Assembly: GCA_051294905.1 (NCBI GenBank) | Contig: CM119378.1 | Location: 3,970,001-4,034,000 of the forward strand | Direction of reading: 5' to 3' | Source: Botryllus schlosseri | Taxonomy: Eukaryota | DNA: 64,000 nt | Shown here: piece by piece, positions 25,069-37,700 of the stretch | Layout of the letters: each line of letters starts with the position of its first letter | Numbering within the stretch: position 1 is the stretch's first letter | Notes under the pieces: model-generated | What the model was told of the DNA's origin: nothing | Seen by the model: only the letters and a program-made list of their open reading frames with translations | Databases searched by the model: none | Position numbers and translations under genes: made by a program

Positions 25069-25370
25069 GATCCGAGGTTATTTACAGTGATAAGCTGCCG
25101 GAGGCAGCATAGCGAGAAAACCTGATAGGTACGCTCGTATAAGAGCGTATTATAGAGATTCTGCGGATGGAGCCACCAAAGTTCTTGTTCAGGTTTTAAG
25201 ACATATATATACAACATATATATTTAGGATATGCATATTGTCTATAGGAAACAAGCCGTTTGGTGTTTTAGTCAAATGATCTTCCTCCGTAAGCTGTCAT
25301 AGGCGGGCTTGACCCTACTGACAAGAATTCAAATGTTGGGTGTTTTGGGTAGATATTATAAGCAGAAGGG
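25069..25370 (+). repeat. Short local duplication of 25731-26020
   Basis: GATAAGCTGCCG.AGGCAGCATAGCGAGAAAA...CCACCAAAGTTCTT...GCTGTCATAGGCGG...GACAAGAATT occurs in both places. Confidence 0.85.
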
Positions 25371-26794
25371 AGTAATATAGTATAGCATGAATATGACTCT
25401 TCAGTCCATAGCAACTCTACCATAATTTATATGAAATATAATAACAGCATCCAATTTGATAACCAAATCCATAAAATATACAAGCAGAGTAATGACCGAA
25501 CATCGTAATCCGGATTGATCATAGTATATTGAGCTACCGTGAGGTGGTTGTTCGGGTAATGTAAATGAGAAAAAAAGGAAGAATAACTCAATTATTAAGA
25601 GATGTTGGAAATGGGGCGTGGAAAGATATGTAGATAAGTGGTGTTGTCATGTTAGATGTTATATAATATCAAGTGGTCTGGTATATTTTACCAAGCTAAG
25701 AATTGCATAGACAAAGTGAAATCCAGAAGCGTGATCCCAGTTTTTTTCACAGTATGATTGATAAGCTGCCGAAGGCAGCATAGCGAGAAAAACTGATAGC
25801 TATACGCCCCGCGGATGGATCCACCAAAGTTCTTCTTCAGGTTTTAAGACATATATCTATCTATATACATATAAATATATTTAGGATATGTATGTATATT
25901 ATTGGTAGGAATTTAGTAAACAAGACATTCTGGTGTGTTAGCCAAATGATCTTTCACAGTATGCTGTCATAGGCGGCCTCAACCCTACCGACAAGAATTT
26001 AAGGGTTGGGTTTATTGTAATAATTTTAAAAACCTTGTGTATAAATGCAACTTATTACTGCGACATTTATTAAGTGTAAGTGTAAGTGTAAGTGCAACTT
26101 TCACGATTTTAGTAGAACAAAAACTTGCCCTAATGATTAATGCAAATCCATCATAAAGAGGTCAGCATTTCTGATACCTGGTTTAAATCAAGCGCTATTT
26201 TAACACTGATTCCGAAAATCCTAATAATAATAATGTCAGAGCACTAGACCTCAAAATCGCAAAGAAATGTGAAATTCGATATTACTATAATGGCAGCGCA
26301 GAGAAACAATATCATTTGAGGTACAGATCAATCTGCCTTGCCTCATTGATTGTTCGCTAACATTCTGACAATCGCAGGGCAGTGAAACCATAGTGTCCTA
26401 TATGGTGTGGACACAAGCAAATCTCACGGCTCGGTGAAATTGGTATACGTCACACTTTCCATTGGACTGAAGGCAATTTGACAGTAATTTTTGACCGGCT
26501 TGCCGAGCATCAAATTTGATAAAACGGGTATCAATCGAAAGCTGCCGCTGTACTGATTACGAAAATTAAACTTTTACTTCGCTCGTCGTCCTGGAACCCC
26601 ACAATCACTCTTGAATTTTCCATTGTTATGGAGAGTGGTATAGTGACGCAACAATGCTGTCTGGCGAAACGAGAGCTTAGCTCATGAGCAAATGAGTGGC
26701 TGCGCGGCGAGAGTGAGTGCTCAGACTGCTCACTGCTCAGTTAGCGTCGCGGCAATGGGCAATGAACTTGTGTTTCGAAGTGCAATCGCGTCGC

Positions 26795-27630
26795 AGAGAG
26801 AGAATTCTTTTATTCGTCAACCACGAAATATAGTATAGGCAATGTCCACAAACATTCACGTCCAATGGCACACATTTTCTGTATTTTCCCGACTATATTC
26901 TACACGGTATAGACTGGGAGACCTGATATGACCGAAGTCTTCTAGACCAGAGTCACCCAAGCATATTTGGCAGTATTATTCATAATATGAATCAATTTCC
27001 TCTCTCAATCGAGTAGCACAGCAACGAGTAACGAAATAAACAAAAGTAAATTAGAAACAGCAACATCTAAAGGAGGACGGTTATTATTGTTGACAGTGTG
27101 ATCAGAAAATAACAATTTGACCCGTGTGCACAGTGGTAATATTATTGTAGCATATACAATGAAACAAAATAACAGTAGACTTTTTTCAAAATACATCACT
27201 GTGGTCATGAGATATATTCTTCTTAGTACTTGGATAAGATGAATTTGCAATACCGAGCTTTAAACTTATGATAAGGAAGAGTAGGGTAGATAGTTGGTAC
27301 GTTATTCCAAAATTTCACACCTATATGAGATAGGGAATTTCTTGACAGTCTAGATGATTTCAATTTAACAATTTGGTACTGATTCTGTGAGAATCTCGTG
27401 TTATAATGGTGAATTGAGTTGGAACATTGAAAAAATTTTCGAAATAGTCTGGCAATGTTCTTTCATTATATTGTTCAAGATTTTTACAATTTCAAATTCA
27501 TACAAATCCGAGACCTTGAGAATGCCTAATTTTCTAAATTCAGGATTGACACTACTACGTGCAGGTATATTGGATATAATCCTAATGGCTTTGTTTTGTA
27601 ATATCTGGAGCTTGTTGCGTTGCGCTGTTA
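26795..27630 (-). mobile_element. LINE (CR1/L2-group) 3' fragment
   Basis: The minus strand encodes NKLQILQNKAIRIIS...PEFRKLGILKVSDLY..., continuing to SHIGVKFWNNVP, then a 3' UTR with AATAAA and a (TC)n tail near 26795-26815. Confidence 0.8.
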
Positions 27631-27729
27631 ACACTGTCTATAGGTGCTTCGGTCGATGCGAGCACACGAATTACCAGCCTTTACTTGACTTGTAATGGTA
27701 GAACTGGGTCCACAGGCTGCATTAGGGCC

Positions 27730-28629
27730 TAGGGATGGTGTGAACGTGAGGTTCACGTTCGCGTTCTGTGCGTGAACCTCAGGAATTGAGAGGTTCACGT
27801 TCACAAACGAACCTTGGTAGGTTCTGCACTGTGAACCTTTTTCATGTATTACCATTATCGCTTCATTATAACATATTTGGTTGAAATTTACTGCATTTCA
27901 ACTGCGGACCACTCTATGCATGGCGCTGGCACTATAAAAAAAAGTCAACACTAAACGAGCATGCACCTTGACAATCTCCAAAATTTTACTTGCTTTGTTA
28001 CAAAAGTTTGCTCGAAATATCCAGCTTTCCGTTTCTGAATATTTAGTGACTCTCTGGTGTGAGCTTGACCCCCATTAACACTGGATCAAGAGTGAAATAC
28101 ACTACATGTAGGTAGTCAGCGAATGATGCTTATTCAACCACTTCGCGAAATTGCTATCGTTGTCTGATGTAAAATATCTAGCAGGCGTACGTGGTCAATC
28201 TTGATGTTTATTGTATCATAAAAACCACATCCGTGCGATTGGGGTGTTGGCTACTGCTGTAACTTGTTAAAGGGGTAATATCGGTGGCAAGTACAGAAAC
28301 CCGTTTTACACTCCGCTCTATATCAACGTAGCAATACTCAGACGCCGCATATATTGTCCGATCTGGCCTGGACCCTTAAGGCGTAAGCAATAAGCATATA
28401 TATTCCGTTGCAAGTCCTCGTCGAAATTGTTGGCATATTGACGGAAGATATTGATTTTATGGGATTAATATACATGATATTGGCTATCACTTCACTGAAA
28501 TGTAGGGTTGGAATTAGCGATATTACGTCACGTGACGACATGATGTTCACGTTTACGTTCTCACAGAGCCTTTCAAAAAGTTTCCCGTTCACACGAACCT
28601 GAACCTTTCAGTGGTTCACACCATCCCTA
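27730..28629. mobile_element. hAT-like non-autonomous element (TAGGGATGGTGTGAAC TIR)
   Basis: Perfect 16-bp TIR, flanking TAGGGCC duplication and GTTCAC subterminal repeats. Confidence 0.8.
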
Positions 28630-28751
28630 TAGGGCCCTACGAATTTTCGCGCATTGTCATTCAACTCATAGGCGCCGACTTACGAGGTGGCGGCCACCTC
28701 GTACGAAATGCTCAAACACTCAAATGATTTGTGACCAGAAATTAGTAATCA

Positions 28752-29158
28752 TAGGGCAAGTTTTTGCAACTTTTGCAACTTTTTTTTACAGCTTCCGGCA
28801 GCTTCCTAAATACTCGTAAGATATGTAGAATGCTGTTTTAAGCTGTTTGAAGGAATCTTATAGTGCAACTTTTTGCAACTTTTGTCCATTTTTTTCTAGC
28901 AACTTTTTGCAACATTTTGCAACTTTTTCGATTTTTCATGAAAGTATTTTCGGCCAAATTCGACTGAAACACCGTAAAACAGCACCGAAGTGACGATTTT
29001 ACGGGTATTTCTGGAGCTGAGCCGGAAAATTGCCCCCCCCCCTTTTTTTCAGTCAACCGACCAAAATGTGGTCAAAATGCAACTTTTGCAACTTTCTTCA
29101 AAAATAAATAAATGAATGCAACTTTCCACGGATTTAACTGCAACAAAAACTTGCCCTG
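28752..29158. mobile_element. MITE with TGCAACTTTT repeats
   Basis: TAGGGCAAGTTTTTG...CAAAAACTTGCCCTG. Right-end homologs lie at ~21760-21835 and ~26045-26132. Confidence 0.75.
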
Positions 29159-30345
29159 GCCTAGGTAATCAAGCGAATCGATGCGACCTAGTTAAAGAGA
29201 CGTCTTCGTTTTCGATACGCGTATGTGCCAGGCGCATATAGCTACGGGGGTTTGGCGTTCGAATCCCCTGTTTGAAACGCGAAACCCCGTCATTTTGAAA
29301 TAGCAATTCTAACTCTGATTTTCAGTTGCAATTCAATAATTATGTTACTAGTGTTCCGCGCGACCGATTTGCGAGAAGCGAGTTGTCAATTACCGCGAAG
29401 AGTCTGCGATGATATCCCGCTGAGATAATCGCGAAATTAGGTCAGTCATTCCCGTGCGAGTGGCAATCGTCGCTAGCCTGATTTATCGCATCGCGAACAA
29501 TCCTGATTTCGCTGCTTCAACAATCGCTTCTGGAATAGGCTCAGTTCACACTATATCATCGCTTGTCTGCGCAATCGCATCTGCATTGGCGGCTTCTGCC
29601 TGGTGTGCACTATATCATCGCTGGCCTACGCGATAGCATCTCTAATAGGGCAGGTGCGAAAAATATAATTGCTGGCCTTACTATCGCGTCTCGGGCTCAT
29701 CTATCTCTCGCTGGTTTGGAGACAATGCGGTCGAGTTTACGCTGATTAGTGATTGTTTTATGTCATATTGATTGAAGAGCGACATCGCGAAACTGAATAA
29801 CATCGAATCGCTGCAGACAGACTTTAACGTGCGTAATTGATTTCCGCTAATACTTGAACGTAACGATCAGAAGATGTGTATCATGGCTTGAGTTCTAAAA
29901 GACGACAAAGGTCTGACCCACCTCAAATTGGTGCGATCAGGTTCGGACATTTTCCTCTTCGAAAACTGTCGACGAGGCTGCGTGATACGCGCGCGCTTTT
30001 AATTGTTGACCAGAGATCAGGGACTCGCTAATTGACAGCACTTCCGGACTCTTTGGCAAACTAATCATACGCCTAAAATCGTCAACAAGAAGATATTATA
30101 TGATCGTCATTTACACATGTACTTAACCCGAATTGAATTAATGCGATACTGGTAAATTTGAAAAAAATCCGTATCCCCCTAATTTTCCGACTGGCTACGC
30201 GCCTAGCGTGTGCTGAGAACCACCATTATAGATCTCCTCTCCCGACCACGCGCCCAAACAGACGTTCTGCTTCTCTAAAATCTAGACAGTCGATTTCTAT
30301 TGAAAAGATCGTGGCATCTGCCCGGAACTGGAATTAATTATAGCC

Positions 30346-30543
30346 CAGGGGTGGCCAACCTGCGGTCGTAGAAGGAAATTTGTGCGGCCGTCAACACGTA
30401 ATTCAATTAGTGTGTGTTGGCGGCGGTCGATTTTGGTGCGTATAATAAGCCGATATGAAAACATATATTAGTCCGGAATTCGCCGGTAATGGGCAAGGAC
30501 AGTTTAATGCGGCCGTGAATAGCAAAAAGGTTGGCCACCCCTG
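30346..30543. mobile_element. 198-bp hAT MITE
   Basis: CAGGGGTGGCCAACC...GGTTGGCCACCCCTG with TSD TTATAGCC/TTCTAGCC. Confidence 0.85.
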
Positions 30544-31241
30544 TTCTAGCCTATAGTCGTTACATTAAATAGGAATAGGAATATATATATTGTTCCTAGA
30601 TCTATTTGCGGCGTATATACACCGATGAACTCCAAAAATGCTTCGCGAACGTAAATCGGGAAATGCACCAATGCCGCCAAAATCGCTGTTTTAATCTGCA
30701 AACAATTGCCGGGATGCGAGCAACTCAACGCATAGCCAGAAACCGCAAGAGACAATTGCCGATTGGCTGCGCGATTTCGCGTTTGTAATCGTCATTATTG
30801 TCTTCTTGAAACCTCATATTCGAGAGAGTGTTACTTGCGAACTTGCCAGGCAAGTGCGTAGTGTATTTCGTTACTCACACGACGCATTGCGCGTGAATAA
30901 CATTAGCGCAACTCCAAATTCTCAGTGACGTTAATTCTGAATTTTGTTCGATTCATTCCGTCGGACGAATGCATCGTACATCGTCCGACATGATCGTACC
31001 GTAGAGATTCCATTTAATAACTGGACTGCATGGTTTGCTATCAATGTCTGCAGGGCCGGTAATAAAACGTCACAAATGGTTTAACGCTGCACGTACACCA
31101 GCGGCATGTAGTAAAGTGCGTTTTGGTGCGACGATGACGTCACCGATGTGGAACAATTATGACGTCACAAGACTTCGCCATCTCGTAAAAAATGATAGTC
31201 GGCGCCTATGATTCAACTTATAGAGATTTTTTCGTCTAGGT

Positions 31242-32412
31242 CAGAGGTCTCAAACTCGAATGTAGTCGCGGGCCAATTTCATAGCACCAAAATAGGGGTA
31301 TACGATTTATATTCAAGTATAGCGCTTATTTTACGGGACCTTGCAGTCTGGCATACCGCACTCGTCGTGAAATGTGATTTACTATTGTGAATTCTCGCCT
31401 GGTACGAAAAATATCACATTTTCAAATATTTGAATAAATTTGTTGTTGCATTTGACATAGTCTGTCAAATAAGTAGTTATAGACCCCATGCGATAGTACA
31501 AATGCATCTCATGACATCGTAAAAGTTGTCGCGTTATAATTTGGCAGCTAGCGGACATTTGACGTGCCACAATTATTGGTACATTATATAAAAATTGAAC
31601 AAAGATTGACCTGATATCAGAGCATTGGAGCAATACATCCTAATCCGCGTTGCGGGCATACTCCTGATAACTAGGCTATTGATCATGTCAATAACAAAGT
31701 AAAATTATATCAGCGTTAGAATTACAGATCAGTAACAACTGCCGACAGATTAATGTACCATAGCATAGAAATGTCTAGTCGTCGATGAATCCATTGGTGT
31801 TACAGCAATGGAGCGTAGGTCACCGCTACGTTACTCGCAGGAAATAACTAACTACACATTCAGGGGGGACAGAATGCCAATGGTTGCCATACCGACCTAC
31901 TTAAATAGCTCAATACGCTCCGCAACGGCCTTTCGCTATATTACTATTTCCCAGAACAGTTTGGTAGTTCGTTGCGTCCGTGGTTGTACCAAGTCACGAC
32001 TTTCCGAGTCAAAAGTCCTCTGATAGTAACGTTTGACCTGACTCAACTCTAGTCATTCTTATTTTATCACCTATTCAGTACGAGTTCGAGTAATTCTACA
32101 AAACGTCGCGTCCAAAAACAAATCACAATTTTCAGTCACGAATTACTATCAACGGGTCAAGTCCTATCATCATAAACAGGTAACGTGACGTATATAGCTG
32201 ATCTTCCACCGCATGGTAACTTTTGCAAGGGATGTGATAGTAAAGTTTGATGAGTATAGTTTCAGTATTTTGGACTAGTTATAGAGCGAATTTTATGTTT
32301 TCAAATCTAAAAAAAGATATGCGGCAGTAAATATTGTCGAATACTTAAAAATCCAAAATGCCGACGCGGGCCGCACAAAATGATCTGGCGGGCCGCGTGT
32401 TTAAGACCTCTG
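31242..32412 (+). mobile_element. hAT-Charlie-like element
   Basis: CAGAGGTCT...AGACCTCTG with a perfect TSD GTCTAGGT. Confidence 0.9.
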
Positions 32413-32430
32413 GTCTAGGTAGCTGTATAC

Positions 32431-33277
32431 CAGGGGCGGGCAACATACGGCCCGCGGACTGTTTTCGGTCTTTCATGATAATGTGGCCCGCCACCCCCGT
32501 CTGCCGAAATTCCCCACTACTTGCTTACCAGGTCCAGTTTTAGTGACTGTATGTTATTATATACGTGTATGCACATTGCACAGCGTGCGAGAATGGAACT
32601 TACGTGAAAGTTCGTCGAAGCGATAAGACTTGCATTATCGGCATTTACGATGTACTCAACCCTAATGTCGTTTGCTGTAATCATGGTGTTTGTCGACTAT
32701 AATGGTCATATTCACACCAGGCTGATATTTATTATTTTTTATTCCGTGACTGCCGACATGTAGCACGGCACACTTCTAGGCTTTTGTAAGACACCGCTTA
32801 TGATAGGGGTTGCCAACTCAAAACGGGTCGCGGGCCACTTTTCAAATTTCGTAGAGGACGCAGGCCGCATGAATTCAATATCGAGAGTAAATAGGCCACA
32901 CTGTTGAGCAACGACGCTATCTCGTCTCCTACTAAACCCTAATGAATTGATATCTTTGTAAATTTGGGGTACTGGACTTATCCAACGCCTTGAAATCTTA
33001 ATTTAGGATTGCACCGTGTGTTGATTGATCAGAGAGAAGCAGACATGGCAACGTCTGTATGACAACGCTATTCTCAAATCCACATTGTCTTCGTCATTAT
33101 CGGCGAGAAATAGCTTTGAAGTGACATTGCTGTCGTTAAAATGGATTCATTAAATGCGATTTATTCCTTGTATGTGTGGATGAATGGGCGAATAATGTAT
33201 CGATTCAGCAATCCGGCCCGCCAAGTACTTAATTTTCCTATATCCGGCCCGCCGACTGGAGAAGTTGCCCGCCCCTG
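32431..33277. mobile_element. hAT-Charlie-like element
   Basis: CAGGGGCGGGCAAC...GTTGCCCGCCCCTG with a perfect TSD CTGTATAC. Confidence 0.9.
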
Positions 33278-34768
33278 CTGTATACATTGGATATGTCAGA
33301 TTATTATGTTATCGATTGGCTTAGCATGCTTGTTGTGTAGGGCTCCAGAGACACGTTGCGCTGTTCATGGAGGGTGTCGATACTTTCTATAGTCGCTTTG
33401 GGTAAGTGTGAGCATACATTACCAGCCTTTCCTTGACCAGTAAGGGTAGGACTTGGTCCGCGAATGTAGCAGGTAAAAAAAATTTGATCAGAGGTTTACA
33501 GCAGGAGTGTCGAACTAAACTGGAGTCGCGGTCCGGATTCAATCCTTTATTAGATACCTTGCGGGCCGTACCAGTCAAATGATTCCAAAATGTTACCACC
33601 AAATCCTTACCATTGTTTTTCACTGGAATGCTCTATTACCAAGCCTAGGCCTGCAGTGCCATAGCCCTTGTCAGGAATATAGGAGATTTAACTAAACGGT
33701 GACATTGGAATATGGTTCATTATTTATCAATCACAATTCGGGTTTCTCTGAATGCCAGATACCTTTTACGCGTCAGAAGTAATACAGCGGCATCATTGCC
33801 GCGACACCAGATGAGCACTCACTCTCGCCACATAGCCACTCATTTGCTCCTGAGTTAAACTCTCGTTTCTCCAGACGGCATGGTTGCGTCACTATACCAC
33901 TCTCCGTAACAATGAAAAATTTGAAACTGATTGTGGGGGTTCCAGAGCCATGAGCGGAATAAAAATTTATATTTCCGTAATCAGTTCAGCGGCCTCTTTC
34001 GATTGATACCCACTTTATCAAATTCGATGCTCGGCAAGCCGGTCAAAAATTATCGTCAAATTGCCTGTAGCCAAATTGAAAATATGACTTAGACCAATTT
34101 CACTGAGCCGTGAGATTTGCTTGCTTCCACACCATATAGAACACTATGGTGAAACAAACCACGATCGACTTCGTAAACCGACGGTATCATAGAGTTGCAA
34201 CGGACAACATGTAAGGTAGAGAGGAAATAATTTTCTTCACTGATGTAGATGTTGTGTATTTTCCCTCACTACCTACCTTCAAGTGTGGAAATATAGGCCT
34301 AGTTGTTTTTCCTGGCCTGCGTGCGAAGAATGCTGATGCTGGGATATGAAATAACAACTATGGCTAGGTCTGCTAGGATATTGGTATTATCCTTGCTGAC
34401 AGCGAGGGAGACCTGACCTCGATTCCCTGTCGGCCAAGGAGTTTTAACTTTTTTACTGGTTATAATTATTCAGATCTCAGCTTATACAATTGTAAATAAC
34501 AAGCTAATTACGGAAGGATATTTTGATAAAGCTATAGCATCGAAGCAGAAAGATACAGCTCAGCAAATTTGTAAGCGCAAATATATATACAAAACGTTCC
34601 GGACGGGATTATTGCTGGGATAGGTCACTTAATCCATTTGGAAGCATTCTCATTCAGGTGGGACCCACAACCTTGTACCTCTTCTGACACTGCCTTTGTC
34701 TGCGCAAATTTTAGGCCACGCGACTCCTTTCCGAACTGGCATAATCGGATTCTGATTTACGAGAGAGA

Positions 34769-37700
34769 ATGGAGAAATTAGAAGAAAAAGGCAGGAATGT
34801 GAAACGCAAAATATCGCAGGTCCGGTCGCTATTTCACGGATATCTTACCGTTTTTCAATTTGATCGATACATCTTCTACAGTCGATAGAACGCTTGATAT
34901 CGGAGCTGCAGTCGCGAAAGAAGTATTTGATTGAGGAAGTAGACGCGTTGGTGGCCATGGAAAGCAACGACAAGCACAAAGTTCGGCAAACTATAAAAGT
35001 GAGTAAATCCACGAAAAAAAACATCGGTGACGCCGCAACAATCAAAAAAATTCTCAGTTCACGACCGGCGACGAAAATGTCGTGATTTCCGCAATACGCA
35101 ATTTCGGTGTCGTTTCCGCGCATCCGGAACTCACATTGGGGAGTGACTTGGCCCTGGAAGGGGTCCCAAGATGCACGAATGGCGGCCCGCTAACATCAGG
35201 TTTGCACGGATTTTGTTTTCGCATCAGAGGGGTCAGTGACGAAGTAATTGATCACAGACCCTCCCTTATTTAGAATAGTCGTGTCATCATGTTTTTCTCC
35301 CATTTGCATTCTTTGGCACCATTCTATAGCTGTTTAATGGATTTCCAAAGTAGTCAAATTTTTTTGAAAATGAACAATGATATGCAATTACCTAGAACTA
35401 ATATTATTCATAAAACTGTAAAGCAGCAGGACGCATGCAGAGCAATGCAGTAAGTTATAGCCAGAAACTAGCTTATAACTTGCTATAAGGCGTCGTGTTG
35501 CTTCATCGATGCTTCAGTCGACTACATTAGGCTACCAACTTACACAGATGACACGGTATGACATGTTTCATCACAGTAAATAGGAGTCAGCAAAACATTT
35601 GGAATCATCGTATCGTAATCTAGCATATAACTATCGTAACGTCATCTAGTAGCACATGGCGTGTTCTCATCTAAATATAAGGGACTGTTTTAGCAGACCA
35701 CCATTGAAGCTTTCTGGACAAAATACAGGAAACATGTTCCGTTTTTAGGATATTGTATTGTTATTTCTTTTTATGCGCGGTATCAGCAACCTTGAGTACT
35801 TGTAATTAAATTGAGTTTTTTGATAAGCACATGCATGCAGTGTTGGGATCAAGTCACTACCTTCGAGTCAAAAGTCATCTCGAGTCATTGCCCATTGTGA
35901 CTCGAGTCAAGTCATGTCAGTCGATTTTTAAAGGTGACTCGAGTCAATTGTCAAGTCACGTAACTCGATTCTTGGAGGTGACTCGACTCAAGTCGAGTCA
36001 AGTCAAGTCACGATTCAAGTCAGAATTCAAGTCGAGTCATCTTTTTGAAGCATAAGGTGTAATTAAATCATTGCATTCGCCATCGAGGATAGCATTTAGA
36101 ATTGAATAGACATGCATAAAGATGTTGTATAGCCAGAGGTGGTCAAAGTAGTCAAGAAAGCTACCCAAATAGAAGTAGAAGTAGCGACGCAAAAATCCAC
36201 TCAAGTAGGAGTAGAAGTAGTCCTTTTAAAAGCAGCCTAAAACTACTTGAAGTAGAAGTAGAATCGACTGACTTTAAATCTACTCTCAAGTAAGTAAGTA
36301 AGTAGTTGTCAAAACGATCGTAATTCGTTCGCATAGACTGTCAAAAGCTGCAAATTGAGCTTTGCGAAAGGTGAAGAACTTGATCAATATTGATGCATCC
36401 CAGGAGGTATAAATTGTTGACCGCATGATGGGATGAAAATGATAGCATTGATATGGGACTGCGATACTAATCCTCTGTTTTCTCGTTCACCTGGATTTAG
36501 AAAATGTATGGCGTCCTCCGGCATATTTAAGGCCCGTAGTTTGGTCGAAGTGGTGTCGGATACGGTGTTATCACTTTGTGCGATTAGTGAACATTAAGAT
36601 AAAATATGGCCGATCGTAAAAATTCCATATAGTTTAGCTTTATTTTCGGAAAATAGAGGCATTGCTACACTTGCTTTTATACTTCAACATGTATGTTCTC
36701 CAGACAAAAGAACTGAAACTAATTGGAACTCAAAGTATGAAACTGGGAATTGAAAGAGAAATATCAATACTACTTCTAAAAAGCGGAAAATATATTTTAT
36801 GTTTTTTGTCCAGAAAGTTTCAGCAGTGGTCTGCTAAAACAGGTGTAAAGCTAAAAAAAAAAGTCAGAGTCCCTTTTTCCAGATTAGGACATGCTATGGG
36901 CTGCTAGGTTACGATAAAATAGGTAAATGCTAGATTGCGAAATGGTAGTTCCAAACGCCATGAAGGGTCATATTTATTGTGATGAAATACTTCATATGGA
37001 CGACAATGCGGTGTGAACGGAACCAGGTAACCCGCTACCTAAATTATATTCACCGATACGTTCGTGAAATCATATTAGTCTACAGTGCGCGAAGCAACTT
37101 TTATGAAAATTAAATGTTGATACTCAGCCCCGAAATTCCTCAGGTTATCTTTCTGGTTGGAGGATTAAATTACTTCTACTTGACAAACTGAAAATAGCGA
37201 AAAGTAAGTAGGTAGATGACAAAATATTATGAAGTAGAAGTAGAAGTAGCGAGAAATTAGACCTACTTGAGTACTTCAAACAGTAGAAGTACTTCTATAC
37301 TGACCACATCTGTGAAAAGCTCATAGATACTTCGCTATTATATTGCTTTCCTACTGCTACGACTACTACGGCAACGTACGCTGAAACTCCAATCACTTCG
37401 TTCGTGGTCAATTTATTTGTGATAGAACAATGGAGGTTCAGTAAAAGGCATAATCATTGAATGAATGAAATTGATCGCTCTCACAGGTCACACCAGCATA
37501 TCGAGAATAATCCGAACACATGAAAGATATATCGATTTTTATCGACACCAATTATACTTAATGACTTGAAATTGAGTCAATCCACATTTTTGAAACGCCG
37601 AGTCAAGTCAACTCATTTTTGCAAAGTGACTCGAGTCAAGTCAAGTCATACGAAAAAGGTGACTCGAGTCATCCCAATTCTGCATGGATGTTGACGTATG

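Larger units (their letters stand above)
26389..34148. mobile_element. 7.76-kb long-TIR (foldback) P/Galileo-like element, apparently non-autonomous, with nested cargo
   Basis: TIRs of ~335-370 bp (26389-~26760 vs ~33790-34148) and a perfect 7-bp TSD GTGAAAC. The empty site is at 22083-22089 in copy B. Confidence 0.92.

Noticed and set aside
29850..33790. Search for a THAP/P transposase inside the 7.76-kb element
   Set aside because: Only short ORFs without recognisable motifs were found; most of the interval is nested MITEs.
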